From: a virus
Lineage: Duplodnaviria > Caudoviricetes
Virus record (IMG/VR): IMGVR_UViG_3300044274_000297
Span: 1 to 44,442 of that record
Length of the DNA stretch: 44,442 nt
Strand: one strand, 5' to 3'
The translations under genes were made by a program, and so were the position numbers. Below the pieces are notes generated by a model. That model saw only the letters and a list, made by a program, of their open reading frames with translations. It was not told where the DNA came from and ran no database searches. Positions 27,622-35,458 of the stretch are shown piece by piece. The number at the start of each line of letters is the position of its first letter. Within the stretch, counting starts at the first letter, position 1.

Positions 27622-27918
27622 GCTGCGACCTCCAAGAAGCTCGGCAATTGCATCGGAATGTGCCAGCGGCGCCAAGAGAAGAACGGGCTTGCGGGTGTAG
27701 CGCGAGACCTCATGCGCCCACACAAGCTCCATGAGGGTCTTACCCAGGCCCGTACCGGCGAAGATCGCAGCCCTGCCCCGGCGCAACGACCATTGGGTAA
27801 TGTCGCGCTGGTGCGGAAACATGAAACTCGGCAATTCAATCCGCTCTGTGATGCCCGTATCAGGATCGACCATTGCCTTGGCGGACAGGAATTGCTCGTA
27901 CGAAATGGACCTCATCAC
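27618..27918 (-). pseudogene. SNF2/SF2 helicase remnant with large internal deletion
   Basis: FPHQ, AGTGLGKT and LLLAPLA (Q, I, Ia) only; the apparent C-terminal tail PMQLPSFLEVAA* follows in another frame. Confidence 0.8.
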
Positions 27919-28018
27919 CCCCTCCCCCGTTTACCCTGAGAGGAGGCGAGGCGTTTCAGGAGCGTCTTGCGGCTGGGCTTGTGCGTCTTGGCGCGCTGGG
28001 AGGCTGTGGGGCGTTTCA

Positions 28019-28411
28019 TTACTCATCCCCTCGGTCTATGATATGTTGCAGCCACGATTTCTCGTTGGCGATGTCCCGTTCAAAGTTCCGGTCGCGCTGC
28101 ATTTGAACGCGCTTCCATAGGGCGATCGAGCGCAAGGACGCGAGATCGGCATCAAGCGTATGCACTGACGTCAGTTGCTTCCGTCGCGCCAGTTCCTGAG
28201 CGCTCATCGTGAATAAGCGGCGCAAATCTTTGACCGCCCAACCAATATTTGAGGGTGGCGGCCCGCCGGGTTGCGACGGCGATAAGGACGCGCCAATCTT
28301 GGCGCCCGTTATGGGCAGCTCGGCCACCATATTGGCAGCGGCTTCTTTGGCCATGACCGGGGCAGCGATAGGAGCCGCGCCCATGAGTTTGAGGAAACCC
28401 CTGCGTTTCAT
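28019..28411 (-). CDS. Protein with twin-arginine-like N-terminus
   Basis: MKRRGFLKLMGAAPIAAP. Confidence 0.65.
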   Translation of the reverse strand: MKRRGFLKLMGAAPIAAPVMAKEAAANMVAELPITGAKIGASLSPSQPGGPPPSNIGWAVKDLRRLFTMSAQELARRKQLTSVHTLDADLASLRSIALWKRVQMQRDRNFERDIANEKSWLQHIIDRGDE

Positions 28412-28770
28412 TGCATTCCCCCAATTTCATGCATCAGCTTTGACGTGGTAATATCGAAGGCTTGAGCGGCGCGGGTACGGACCCGGCGCTTGAATCTGAT
28501 GCGTCCTATGCGGCAATGGGATTGGGGAGGTGTTAGCAGCACCTCCCCATGGACGGGCACAGTCAAAGCTCGCGCCTCGTCCGATGAAGGCAGTTGGCGC
28601 TGCCCCTTCGCTGCGGCCACAGCAAAGCTCAATACGGTCCCGGTGACGCGCTTGGTCACGCTGATAGCAGCGTACTTCTTTCCGGGACGGGTGAGAAATT
28701 CAGGATGGGTGTTGAAGGCGTCCAAAACCGCGCCATTCACAACCCGCCAAAGCTGTTGATGAGGGGTCAT
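28408..28770 (-). CDS. Hypothetical protein
   Basis: LWR.V.GAV.DAF..HPE.LT; start next to upstream stop. Confidence 0.6.
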   Translation of the reverse strand: MTPHQQLWRVVNGAVLDAFNTHPEFLTRPGKKYAAISVTKRVTGTVLSFAVAAAKGQRQLPSSDEARALTVPVHGEVLLTPPQSHCRIGRIRFKRRVRTRAAQAFDITTSKLMHEIGGMQ

Positions 28771-28771
28771 A

Positions 28772-29086
28772 CTACCGTTTCTCCACCAACAGCCTATCAA
28801 GGCCATATTGCTTGGAGGCCAGCAGGGCATCGACCTTGAGCAGCTCGGCTTCCTCTGCATCAATAGCGGCAATGGCATCGCGGCGGCGCTCGAGTTCACG
28901 CTCCAGTTCCTTGATGGCGTCCTCGTCTGCCAGACGGAGGGCGCGGACATGATCAAGGCGGGCGGTGACGTGATCGCGGTCGGTATCGCAATCTGACTTC
29001 ATGCAAGCCAGGAGGATGGGCGCAGGGGGCTTGCGACGGGCTGGGCCTTGGTCATGGATGGCGTGAATTTGTGGGTTGGCGGTCAT
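28772..29086 (-). CDS. Hypothetical coiled-coil protein
   Basis: 104 aa coupled ORF. Confidence 0.6.
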   Translation of the reverse strand: MTANPQIHAIHDQGPARRKPPAPILLACMKSDCDTDRDHVTARLDHVRALRLADEDAIKELERELERRRDAIAAIDAEEAELLKVDALLASKQYGLDRLLVEKR

Positions 29087-29226
29087 TGGTCAGACTCCGG
29101 GGCTGCTGAGCGCAGAAATTCGCGCACCTCGTCTTCCATCTCGGCTATGGACTTGGGCGACTTCACAACTTTCTCCATTGCCTTGAGCAAGATTTCTTTG
29201 TCGCTTTGTTTTGCCTTCGCGGTCAT
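29083..29226 (-). CDS. Small hypothetical protein (47 aa)
   Basis: MTAKAKQSDKEILLKAMEK...; GAGG RBS; ATGA overlap; not in ORF track. Confidence 0.5.
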   Translation of the reverse strand: MTAKAKQSDKEILLKAMEKVVKSPKSIAEMEDEVREFLRSAAPESDQ

Positions 29227-29280
29227 TGGTCCTCGTTCTCGATTTCAGGGGCGATCCAAGCGCCCCACTGGTTGCCGGTA

Positions 29281-29700
29281 TCAATCAGCCATTTCGCTAT
29301 CCGAACGCGCGCCAGAACGGGCAAGAAGCGACGCCAGCCGCGCGGCACGCTCTTGGGATTGTTTGAGGGCATGTCGGGCCTCCTGAATGGCCATTTGCTC
29401 AAGATCGAGCATCTCGAAATGATCGATGCGGGACGCTTCCTGATCCACGATTGAGCGCACGCGGCGTTCGGTCCACTGGCGCGGTCGGGTTCGGATAACG
29501 TCTTGGGGAAGGCGGCGCTCGACACGCTTCACGGCCTCAAATGCTGCCCCGATAACCCGCTTGCGCGGCGTCGTGTCGAGGGGCCAGATTTCATCAATGA
29601 TGTTCCGAGCAGCCGATACATCAGACATGGCTTTGCTCCTGGGAGAATTGTCCAGATTCGTGGTGCGAGAAATCGCGGTCGTGGGATGCTTTTTCGCCAT
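29281..29700 (-). CDS. CII-position transcription regulator candidate
   Basis: WTERRVRSI...EA.RID..EM..L HTH-like pattern; start 29700 or 29629 region. Confidence 0.6.
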   Translation of the reverse strand: MAKKHPTTAISRTTNLDNSPRSKAMSDVSAARNIIDEIWPLDTTPRKRVIGAAFEAVKRVERRLPQDVIRTRPRQWTERRVRSIVDQEASRIDHFEMLDLEQMAIQEARHALKQSQERAARLASLLARSGARSDSEMAD

Positions 29701-30027
29701 TGTGGAACGCCTTCCGTGCTTTTCTTTCAGCACTGGACGAAGCGGAACACGAAAGGCGAATTTGATGATCAAGCGCATTGCGGACTGCTTGCCGGCTGAC
29801 GTGCAATTGCGCATTGAGGTGATAAAGGCCCAGGCACGCGCTATTGAAGCGCAGCGCCTGGGAAGTGGCGCGGGGGAGGAAGTCCGCGCTAAACCGGTCG
29901 AGAGGGAGGGATTCTCGGCCGGAAACATAATCAGGCTTGGAATGCCCAAGCATATGGCGACCGCAATCCCCTCGCGCTTGCCCCGCGCGGCGGTCGTCAT
30001 TTGTTTGCGCACTGAAAGAAAGCGGCG

Positions 30028-30924
30028 TCATGCGGACACCTCCAAAGACTGGAGGATGGCGTGACCGATCAGTTCTGGGATTTGAGGGACTACGGCGTTT
30101 CCGAGCCCTTTAAGTCGGTGTGCCCGATCGGGAACCCCATTAGCCACTCGACCCAATTCGGGTTCAGCTGCCCACCGTCCGAAGCCATCACTGCATGGTC
30201 CAAGCGATCGTTTGACCGGTCGCGACCTGACTTCCTCGTCAACGACGCTGGAGAGGAACCTTTGTGCATGGATGCAACGGGCGTGGGCCAGAATTTCGCC
30301 TTGCGTCCGCCTCTGTACGCCATACCTGCCCACTCTTCCCGGCTTTCGCACTTCTTCGCTAGAGCGAGCATACTTCCTGCGTTCGTAAACCCTCGCGTGT
30401 CCGGGGTAGGCCACAAGCCAGACACGCTCTCTGCGATGGGGAGCGCCCAAGGCAGACGCTGGTATGTTTTCCCATTCCGCATCGTACCCGAGTCTGGCCA
30501 AGTCTCCGAGAACGCGGCCAAACCATCCGCCTGGCTGTTCGCTAGGGCCTCTAAGCAGATTTGCGACGTTCTCCACGATGAGGAACTGGGGTCGAAGATC
30601 GCCAACAAGTCTGGTGATTTCCGACCAGAGCCCAGATCGGGTTCCGTCATTGATGCCAGCTTGCCGGCCGGAGACACTAACGTCTTGGCAAGGGAACCCC
30701 CCCGTGATGACATCGACGGCAATTCCGTCTCGGGCCAGAGCGTCGGCAGTGAGCTGGCGGACATCTTCATAGCAAGGCACCTCTGGCCAGTGTTTCGCCA
30801 AGACACGGCGGGGGAATTCTTCAATCTCGCAGAATGCGACGGTTTCAAATCCGCCGGTGCGCTCAAGGCCCAGGCTAAATCCGCCGATTCCCGAAAACAG
30901 ATCGAGCACGCGCAACTTGTCCAT
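30028..30924 (-). CDS. C5-cytosine DNA methyltransferase, alpha chain (lacks motif IX)
   Basis: LDLFSGIGG (I), GGFPCQ (IV), ENV (VI), HRRERVW (VIII), LGNAVVP (X). Confidence 0.92.
   Translation of the reverse strand: MDKLRVLDLFSGIGGFSLGLERTGGFETVAFCEIEEFPRRVLAKHWPEVPCYEDVRQLTADALARDGIAVDVITGGFPCQDVSVSGRQAGINDGTRSGLWSEITRLVGDLRPQFLIVENVANLLRGPSEQPGGWFGRVLGDLARLGYDAEWENIPASALGAPHRRERVWLVAYPGHARVYERRKYARSSEEVRKPGRVGRYGVQRRTQGEILAHARCIHAQRFLSSVVDEEVRSRPVKRSLGPCSDGFGRWAAEPELGRVANGVPDRAHRLKGLGNAVVPQIPELIGHAILQSLEVSA
30090..30770 (-). CDS. Nested alternative-frame MTase beta chain (TRD-like and motif IX)
   Basis: Open frame inside the MTase gene with two WPTP motifs and GQLNPNWVEWLMGFP; start uncertain. 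Confidence 0.75.
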   Translation of the reverse strand: MKMSASSLPTLWPETELPSMSSRGGSLAKTLVSPAGKLASMTEPDLGSGRKSPDLLAIFDPSSSSWRTSQICLEALANSQADGLAAFSETWPDSGTMRNGKTYQRLPWALPIAESVSGLWPTPDTRGFTNAGSMLALAKKCESREEWAGMAYRGGRKAKFWPTPVASMHKGSSPASLTRKSGRDRSNDRLDHAVMASDGGQLNPNWVEWLMGFPIGHTDLKGSETP

Positions 30925-31003
30925 CAGAACCACCCCCACGCTTTAGCCATCAGAAGGGCAATTGCAGGGAGGCAAGACCACATGGTTATGGTGTAGAGGC
31001 GGG

Positions 31004-31315
31004 TCATTTGGAGGCACCACGGATGGCAGCGGAGATAATCTCAAGGAAATCATTGTCGAGATCAGGCCATGCCCCAAGGCACTTGCCGATCACGCGGGTT
31101 TTATTCTTCCCGTAATGGATGATCCACCAGCCACCATCCGACCCAAGTTCTTCGCCGCCATGTTCTTCCCACCTGTCTCGGCTGATCTCGCCAACCCAAA
31201 GATGGTTGTCCTCATCAATGCAAAGCAACATTCCGACATCAGGTCCGCTTCCTTCTTCGGAGCAGTGCCACTGGATTTGTCCGATTGCGATATCGTCGGG
31301 CCGATCCATCACCAT
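31004..31315 (-). CDS. Hypothetical protein
   Basis: 103 aa acidic ORF with GGAG RBS. Confidence 0.55.
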   Translation of the reverse strand: MVMDRPDDIAIGQIQWHCSEEGSGPDVGMLLCIDEDNHLWVGEISRDRWEEHGGEELGSDGGWWIIHYGKNKTRVIGKCLGAWPDLDNDFLEIISAAIRGASK

Positions 31316-31427
31316 CCCTCTCCGAGCAAAGCGACCACAGCAATGAACAGGGCCAGCACAAGCCAGTCAGATGAGCGGGAGGCAGCGAGAAAGCGCCGGA
31401 TTACAGCTATGGTGTGGAGAAGGGGCA

Positions 31428-31601
31428 TTATGCTTCTCCTGCGGCAACGGCGATCAAGCCAAGCAGAACCATGCCAACCACAAAGATGATCGCTGCCGTG
31501 AGCCAGTGGCCGTCCGAGATGGCATTGCCAGCCAGAACCGCGACAACCATGGTGCCGGGAGAAATGGAGGGCTTAACAATGAAACTGGATAGGGCTTTCA
31601 T
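31428..31601 (-). CDS. Small membrane protein
   Basis: ATGA-coupled, hydrophobic. Confidence 0.5.
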   Translation of the reverse strand: MKALSSFIVKPSISPGTMVVAVLAGNAISDGHWLTAAIIFVVGMVLLGLIAVAAGEA

Positions 31602-32359
31602 GCGGTCTCCCCGGTCATGCTCGTGACAGCCTTGCGGCAACCAAAACAATGGTTCTTACCGACACCGGCACAGGCGCTTGGATTGAGGCAATGAGGGCGA
31701 AGGCGCAGGCAGCGTTCTTCGGTTGTTTCGTCGCGGTTGAATTGGACGATGGTGGAATTGGGCGGCGGCGTGGACTCGCATCGGTCCTGCACCCCGCCGG
31801 AGCCTTCTGGTTCAGATGGCTCCTTGACCAAGCCATTTGCCTCCGCTGGCCAATGCTCTTGCGCTATGGACGCGGCGGCGCGCTGGCCTTGGTCCTCGGG
31901 GAGCGGCGTAGTGGCTTGGGTCTCTGTTGCCGTTTCCGGCGAATTGTTGACGGGGCTTTCGTCGCCCGAGCGCCCGTCAGACTCGTTTGCAACCGGAGCA
32001 AAGTCCGGGAGCGACTGCGCAGCGGGCAAGCGCTGCGGTTCAGTAACTTCGCCGGTTTCGGCGTCAAATTCTTCAATGTTTTCTACGCGTACGTGCGCGG
32101 CGCGCGAGGGACCGCGCTCAATGACCTGCAAAATCCGAAATGCCTCGGCGTCGATTTCCTCGGCCTCAAGGCGCTTCGTGCTGTCCATTCGAAACAGACG
32201 AACGGCCTCTTTGAGCGAGGCGGCGACCTTCTTGCCGTGCTCATCACGAACGCGGGCGTAAAAGTCCTTCTTGGACTTCTGAATGTCGGCAAGCTGCTGC
32301 TCGAACTCGTTAAGCTCGGCAGTCCAGTTCAGGATGGTGTTATCCCCTACCCCGCTCAT
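31598..32359 (-). CDS. GapR/DUF2312-like DNA-binding protein with disordered C-terminus and Cys cluster
   Basis: ADIQ..KKDFYA.......LKEAVRL.RMD..KR.E.E resembles GapR; C-terminal RPHC..P..C.G....HC..C. Confidence 0.6.
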   Translation of the reverse strand: MSGVGDNTILNWTAELNEFEQQLADIQKSKKDFYARVRDEHGKKVAASLKEAVRLFRMDSTKRLEAEEIDAEAFRILQVIERGPSRAAHVRVENIEEFDAETGEVTEPQRLPAAQSLPDFAPVANESDGRSGDESPVNNSPETATETQATTPLPEDQGQRAAASIAQEHWPAEANGLVKEPSEPEGSGGVQDRCESTPPPNSTIVQFNRDETTEERCLRLRPHCLNPSACAGVGKNHCFGCRKAVTSMTGETA

Positions 32360-32589
32360 GCTGCCGATTCCTTGCGATGGTCGGACGCGGGCTCTGCGAA
32401 GATTTTCGCGAGGTCCGGGCGCAGCTCTTGGCGAGGGATGCCCGTTGCCTTTTCAACCGCAATCACGCGGTCGGGCGGCACGTCTTTCCAACGCGAAACC
32501 GTGGCCTTGTTGATGCCAAGCGCCTTTGCGACCGACGATGCGGTTTTGCCGTGCGCGATGAGAAGTTCGGAAAAGGTCTTGGTGCTCAT
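32356..32589 (-). CDS. cro: Cro/YdaS-like regulator
   Basis: VAKALGINKATVSRW..VP..RV..VE..TGI...ELRPDL. Confidence 0.85.
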   Translation of the reverse strand: MSTKTFSELLIAHGKTASSVAKALGINKATVSRWKDVPPDRVIAVEKATGIPRQELRPDLAKIFAEPASDHRKESAA

Positions 32590-32599
32590 GCGGTGTATA

Positions 32600-32663
32600 G
32601 TTGCGCAAGTCGCAACCAAAGTCAACACGCCAAATGGCGCAACGTGCTAACGACAAGGTTGCG
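32600..32663. promoter_or_regulatory. Right operator region
   Basis: 17-bp palindrome GTTGCG-caagt-CGCAAC (32600-32616), extra half sites at 32638 and 32658, TTGACT on minus strand. Confidence 0.75.
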
Positions 32664-32685
32664 TGCCGGGAGTAATGGAATCGGC

Positions 32686-33018
32686 ATGAGCAAGGTCACC
32701 CATATCCACAAATCCAAGCAGCCCAAGCGTCCCCATTTCATTGAAGAATGGGCGATACATCGAGGCTTTGCGCATCAGTCGGAACTTGCGAGCGAGCTTG
32801 ACGCCGACAAAAGCGTTGTCTCTCGCTGGTATGCCGGGACAACGCCAGGTACCGAGTGGCAAGAACGACTGGCGGCGCTATTCGATTGTGAGCCTGAATC
32901 TCTTTTCCGCCACCCTGACGACGATTGGCTTGCTCGCTTCCTAAAGGGCCGCGAGCGCGACGAAATCGAACGCATCAAGAAAACATTGGAAAGCGCATTC
33001 CCGCGTAAGACGGGTTAG
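32686..33018 (+). CDS. Short XRE-HTH repressor (no S24 peptidase domain)
   Basis: QSELA.ELDADKSVVSRW..G..P; divergent from cro; 110 aa. Confidence 0.85.
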   Translation: MSKVTHIHKSKQPKRPHFIEEWAIHRGFAHQSELASELDADKSVVSRWYAGTTPGTEWQERLAALFDCEPESLFRHPDDDWLARFLKGRERDEIERIKKTLESAFPRKTG

Positions 33019-33038
33019 CCGTAAGGCAAGGAGGGGGA

Positions 33039-33338
33039 ATGAAAAAGGCTACCATCATTATCGGCAGCGCCATTCACAAGGTTGATGTAATCGAGCACGA
33101 GGGGCGCCAATGGATGGTGCCGCACTGGGTTGATAGCCCGGACGGGAAATGGACCAGACCGCTCAGGATCATTCCGCTTGATGCGGTTCCTCACCAGCCT
33201 TATGGTCCTGATGAGTTTGTGGTGAACGACCCTCTACCAGAATTTCTATTCTACGATCATCCCGTGCACGGAGAGACAGGATACGAAGCGCAGGAGATGC
33301 CCGAAATACTTCTTCCGCACCCGAGCGCAACGAACTAA
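33039..33338 (+). CDS. Hypothetical protein co-transcribed with repressor
   Basis: Strong AGGAGG RBS; followed by terminator. Confidence 0.7.
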   Translation: MKKATIIIGSAIHKVDVIEHEGRQWMVPHWVDSPDGKWTRPLRIIPLDAVPHQPYGPDEFVVNDPLPEFLFYDHPVHGETGYEAQEMPEILLPHPSATN

Positions 33339-33364
33339 CCTCAATCATCACCTTAACCTCCTAG

Positions 33365-33393
33365 CCCGCCCGGACCATCCGAGGCGGGTTTTC
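33365..33393 (+). terminator. Terminator of repressor operon
   Basis: GCCCGCC...GGCGGGT then TTTCT. Confidence 0.7.
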
Positions 33394-33423
33394 TGTGCGT
33401 GCATTATGTCGCAGTACGCAAAA

Positions 33424-33472
33424 GTTGCAAGTTGCGCATTTTACACTTGCATATGGTTGTTAGTTGTGCAAC
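33424..33472 (+). promoter_or_regulatory. Left operator / early promoter
   Basis: GTTG-N9-CAAC at 33456-33472 and GTTGCAAGTTGCGCATT at 33424-33440 resemble the 32600 palindrome; AT-rich. Confidence 0.65.
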
Positions 33473-33515
33473 TCTCCCATTTATCAACACACCACCCCCA
33501 ACCGGGAGACAGACG

Positions 33516-33821
33516 ATGGATACGAGCCAGTTCAAGGTGAATGAGAAGCCTGACGAATACGATGTCACCTTCCGCGTCGAAGGCGAAGTGAGAACCACCG
33601 TCAAAGCCGCCAGCCTCGAAAAGGCAAAGGAAATGGCGGCAGAGATGATGGAGGAAGATGGCTTCGGGTCGGAACTCGACAGCGTTGATTTCATCGACAT
33701 CGATTATCTCCGCAAATCCCCGCCCATGTACCTCGTGTCCAGAGATGGTCGGACCATGCAGGTGTCTCACCTCAAGGAAGGCGACCAGCCCCGCGAACCT
33801 CACGAATACGACTTCCTTTAA
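33516..33821 (+). CDS. Hypothetical acidic protein
   Basis: GGGAG RBS; V.A.S.E.A.E.A pattern. Confidence 0.65.
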   Translation: MDTSQFKVNEKPDEYDVTFRVEGEVRTTVKAASLEKAKEMAAEMMEEDGFGSELDSVDFIDIDYLRKSPPMYLVSRDGRTMQVSHLKEGDQPREPHEYDFL

Positions 33822-33861
33822 TTCGAAACACCACCCCCAACGCTAGATGGAGCGAGAGAAG

Positions 33862-34983
33862 ATGGCCCGCAAGGCAAAGACAGCACAAGCACCCGAAGCT
33901 GTGGAGGTCGTTTCCTCCATCAAGGCACTGGATCACGAGTTCAAATGTCGCGACCATCAGTTTGAGGTTGGCAAGACCTATACCGTTGAGGGCGAGATTG
34001 TCGCGTACCGCAACGGCTTCCATGCTGTCGATTGGAACGATCCGTTCCATGTCTGGGACTTCTATCCGATCATCGATGATGAGGGGCGCCTGACGCGCTA
34101 CGCCGAAACCGACCAAACCGGCGCAATGGCCCGCGAGGAAGAAAAGCGTGGCACCAAGATTGCTTCGGCCTCAATCACTATCAAGGCAGAACTGACCCTG
34201 CCGGAGTTCGTCAAAAAGGCCGTTGCCCGCGTCGTTGAAATGACCAAAGGGAAAGGTGACGATCCCAGCGGCTACTACGCCCGGATCGGCTCCAGCGGCT
34301 ACTCCGCCCAGATCGGCTCCAGCGGCTACTCCGCCCAGATCGGCTCCAGCGGCTACTACGCCCGGATCGGCTCCAGCGGCCACTACGCCCGGATCGGCTC
34401 CAGCGGCCACTACGCCCGGATCGGCTCCAGCGGCGACTCCGCCCAGATCGGCTCCAGCGGCGACTACGCCCAGATCGGCTCCAGCGGCTACTCCGCCCGG
34501 ATCGGCTCCAGCGGCCACTACGCCCGGATCGGCTCCAGCGGCCACTACGCCCGGATCGGCTCCAGCGGCTACTACGCCCGGATCGGCTCCAGCGGCCACT
34601 ACGCCCGGATCGGCTCCAGCGGCTACTCCGCCCAGATCGGCTCCAGCGGCTACTCCGCCCAGATCGGCTCCAGCGGCGACTCCGCCCAGATCGGCTCCAG
34701 CGGCGACTACGCCCAGATCGGCTCCAGCGGCTACTCCGCCCAGATCGGCTCCAGCGGCTACTCCGCCCGGATCGATGCTTCTGGCGAAAATAACGTCGTG
34801 GCTTCGGCTGGCATTAATGCGCGGGTCAAGGGCGCAATCGGGACTTGGATTTCCGTCGCTGAATTTGACGACAGCATTCCGCCGAAATGCATCGGGTTTG
34901 CCACTGGCTGCATCGGTCAGGATGGCTTGAAGCCTGACATTCAATACATCGCTAAGGGCGGAAAACTCGTACGCGCCGATTAA
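33862..34983 (+). CDS. Phage repeat protein (DUF7666-like N-terminus plus 9-aa solenoid repeats)
   Basis: CRD.QFEVGKTY...G......NGFHA...P..V..FYP N-domain; G[YHD][YS]A[RQ]IGSS repeats. Confidence 0.85.
   Translation: MARKAKTAQAPEAVEVVSSIKALDHEFKCRDHQFEVGKTYTVEGEIVAYRNGFHAVDWNDPFHVWDFYPIIDDEGRLTRYAETDQTGAMAREEEKRGTKIASASITIKAELTLPEFVKKAVARVVEMTKGKGDDPSGYYARIGSSGYSAQIGSSGYSAQIGSSGYYARIGSSGHYARIGSSGHYARIGSSGDSAQIGSSGDYAQIGSSGYSARIGSSGHYARIGSSGHYARIGSSGYYARIGSSGHYARIGSSGYSAQIGSSGYSAQIGSSGDSAQIGSSGDYAQIGSSGYSAQIGSSGYSARIDASGENNVVASAGINARVKGAIGTWISVAEFDDSIPPKCIGFATGCIGQDGLKPDIQYIAKGGKLVRAD
34267..34774 (+). repeat. 27-bp tandem repeat, 18 full units plus 1 partial
   Basis: Unit GGC[TCG]ACT[AC]CGCCC[GA]GATCGGCTCCAGC read directly. 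Confidence 0.97.
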
Positions 34984-35044
34984 ACCCCAACCCCCGAGAA
35001 GACCCCTCCCGGGCCGATCTTCTCACCACAGATGGAGCGCAGAG

Positions 35045-35341
35045 ATGAGCAGAGAACTGATGGCATGGATTGGCACCGACGCGCTGGCCGCGCCGCTCGA
35101 CAATCTCGACACGCTCTATCTCACCGTCATGTGCCCAGATGGATCGCAGATCAGGACCGGCGCCAATGCCAGGCAGATCGAGGCAGCGGCCCGCGAGGTT
35201 CGGGACCGTTTCGGCCTCGACATCATGCCGCAGGTCTTGGCCCAGATCGAGCGCCATCACCGCTCCACACACCCTTACCGCACCGTCATGCCGGCCGATC
35301 TAATTGCGCTGACCGAGCCTGTCGCGGTCGCTGCTGAATAG
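35045..35341 (+). CDS. Hypothetical protein
   Basis: GGAG RBS, 98 aa. Confidence 0.6.
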   Translation: MSRELMAWIGTDALAAPLDNLDTLYLTVMCPDGSQIRTGANARQIEAAAREVRDRFGLDIMPQVLAQIERHHRSTHPYRTVMPADLIALTEPVAVAAE

Positions 35342-35458
35342 CCCGTCAGTGGGCACCGGACACCGCACCGGAACGAATGCGGGGCTGGGGGCCAATCTCC
35401 ACAACGAGCGGGCTGGGCGCCCCGGTATCACCGCCCCACAAATTCACAGGAGGGCCAG

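Noticed and set aside
26632-30924. Restriction-modification system
   Set aside because: No cognate endonuclease next to either MTase; treated as orphan phage MTases
30061-30996. 311-aa plus-strand ORF as a third overlapping gene
   Set aside because: Antisense shadow of the dual-coded MTase; no recognisable motifs or RBS
34267-34774. CRISPR array or DGR variable region
   Set aside because: No unique spacers or cas genes. The variable sites could derive from adenines of an AAC-TAC-CAG template, but other adenines are invariant and no reverse transcriptase or separate template repeat is in the window
34171-34944. Alternative-frame ORFs over the repeat (257 aa minus, 224 aa plus)
   Set aside because: The repeat unit has no stop in those frames; shadow ORFs
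35342-35458. Intergenic ncRNA
   Set aside because: Only short GC hairpins; no convincing overall fold
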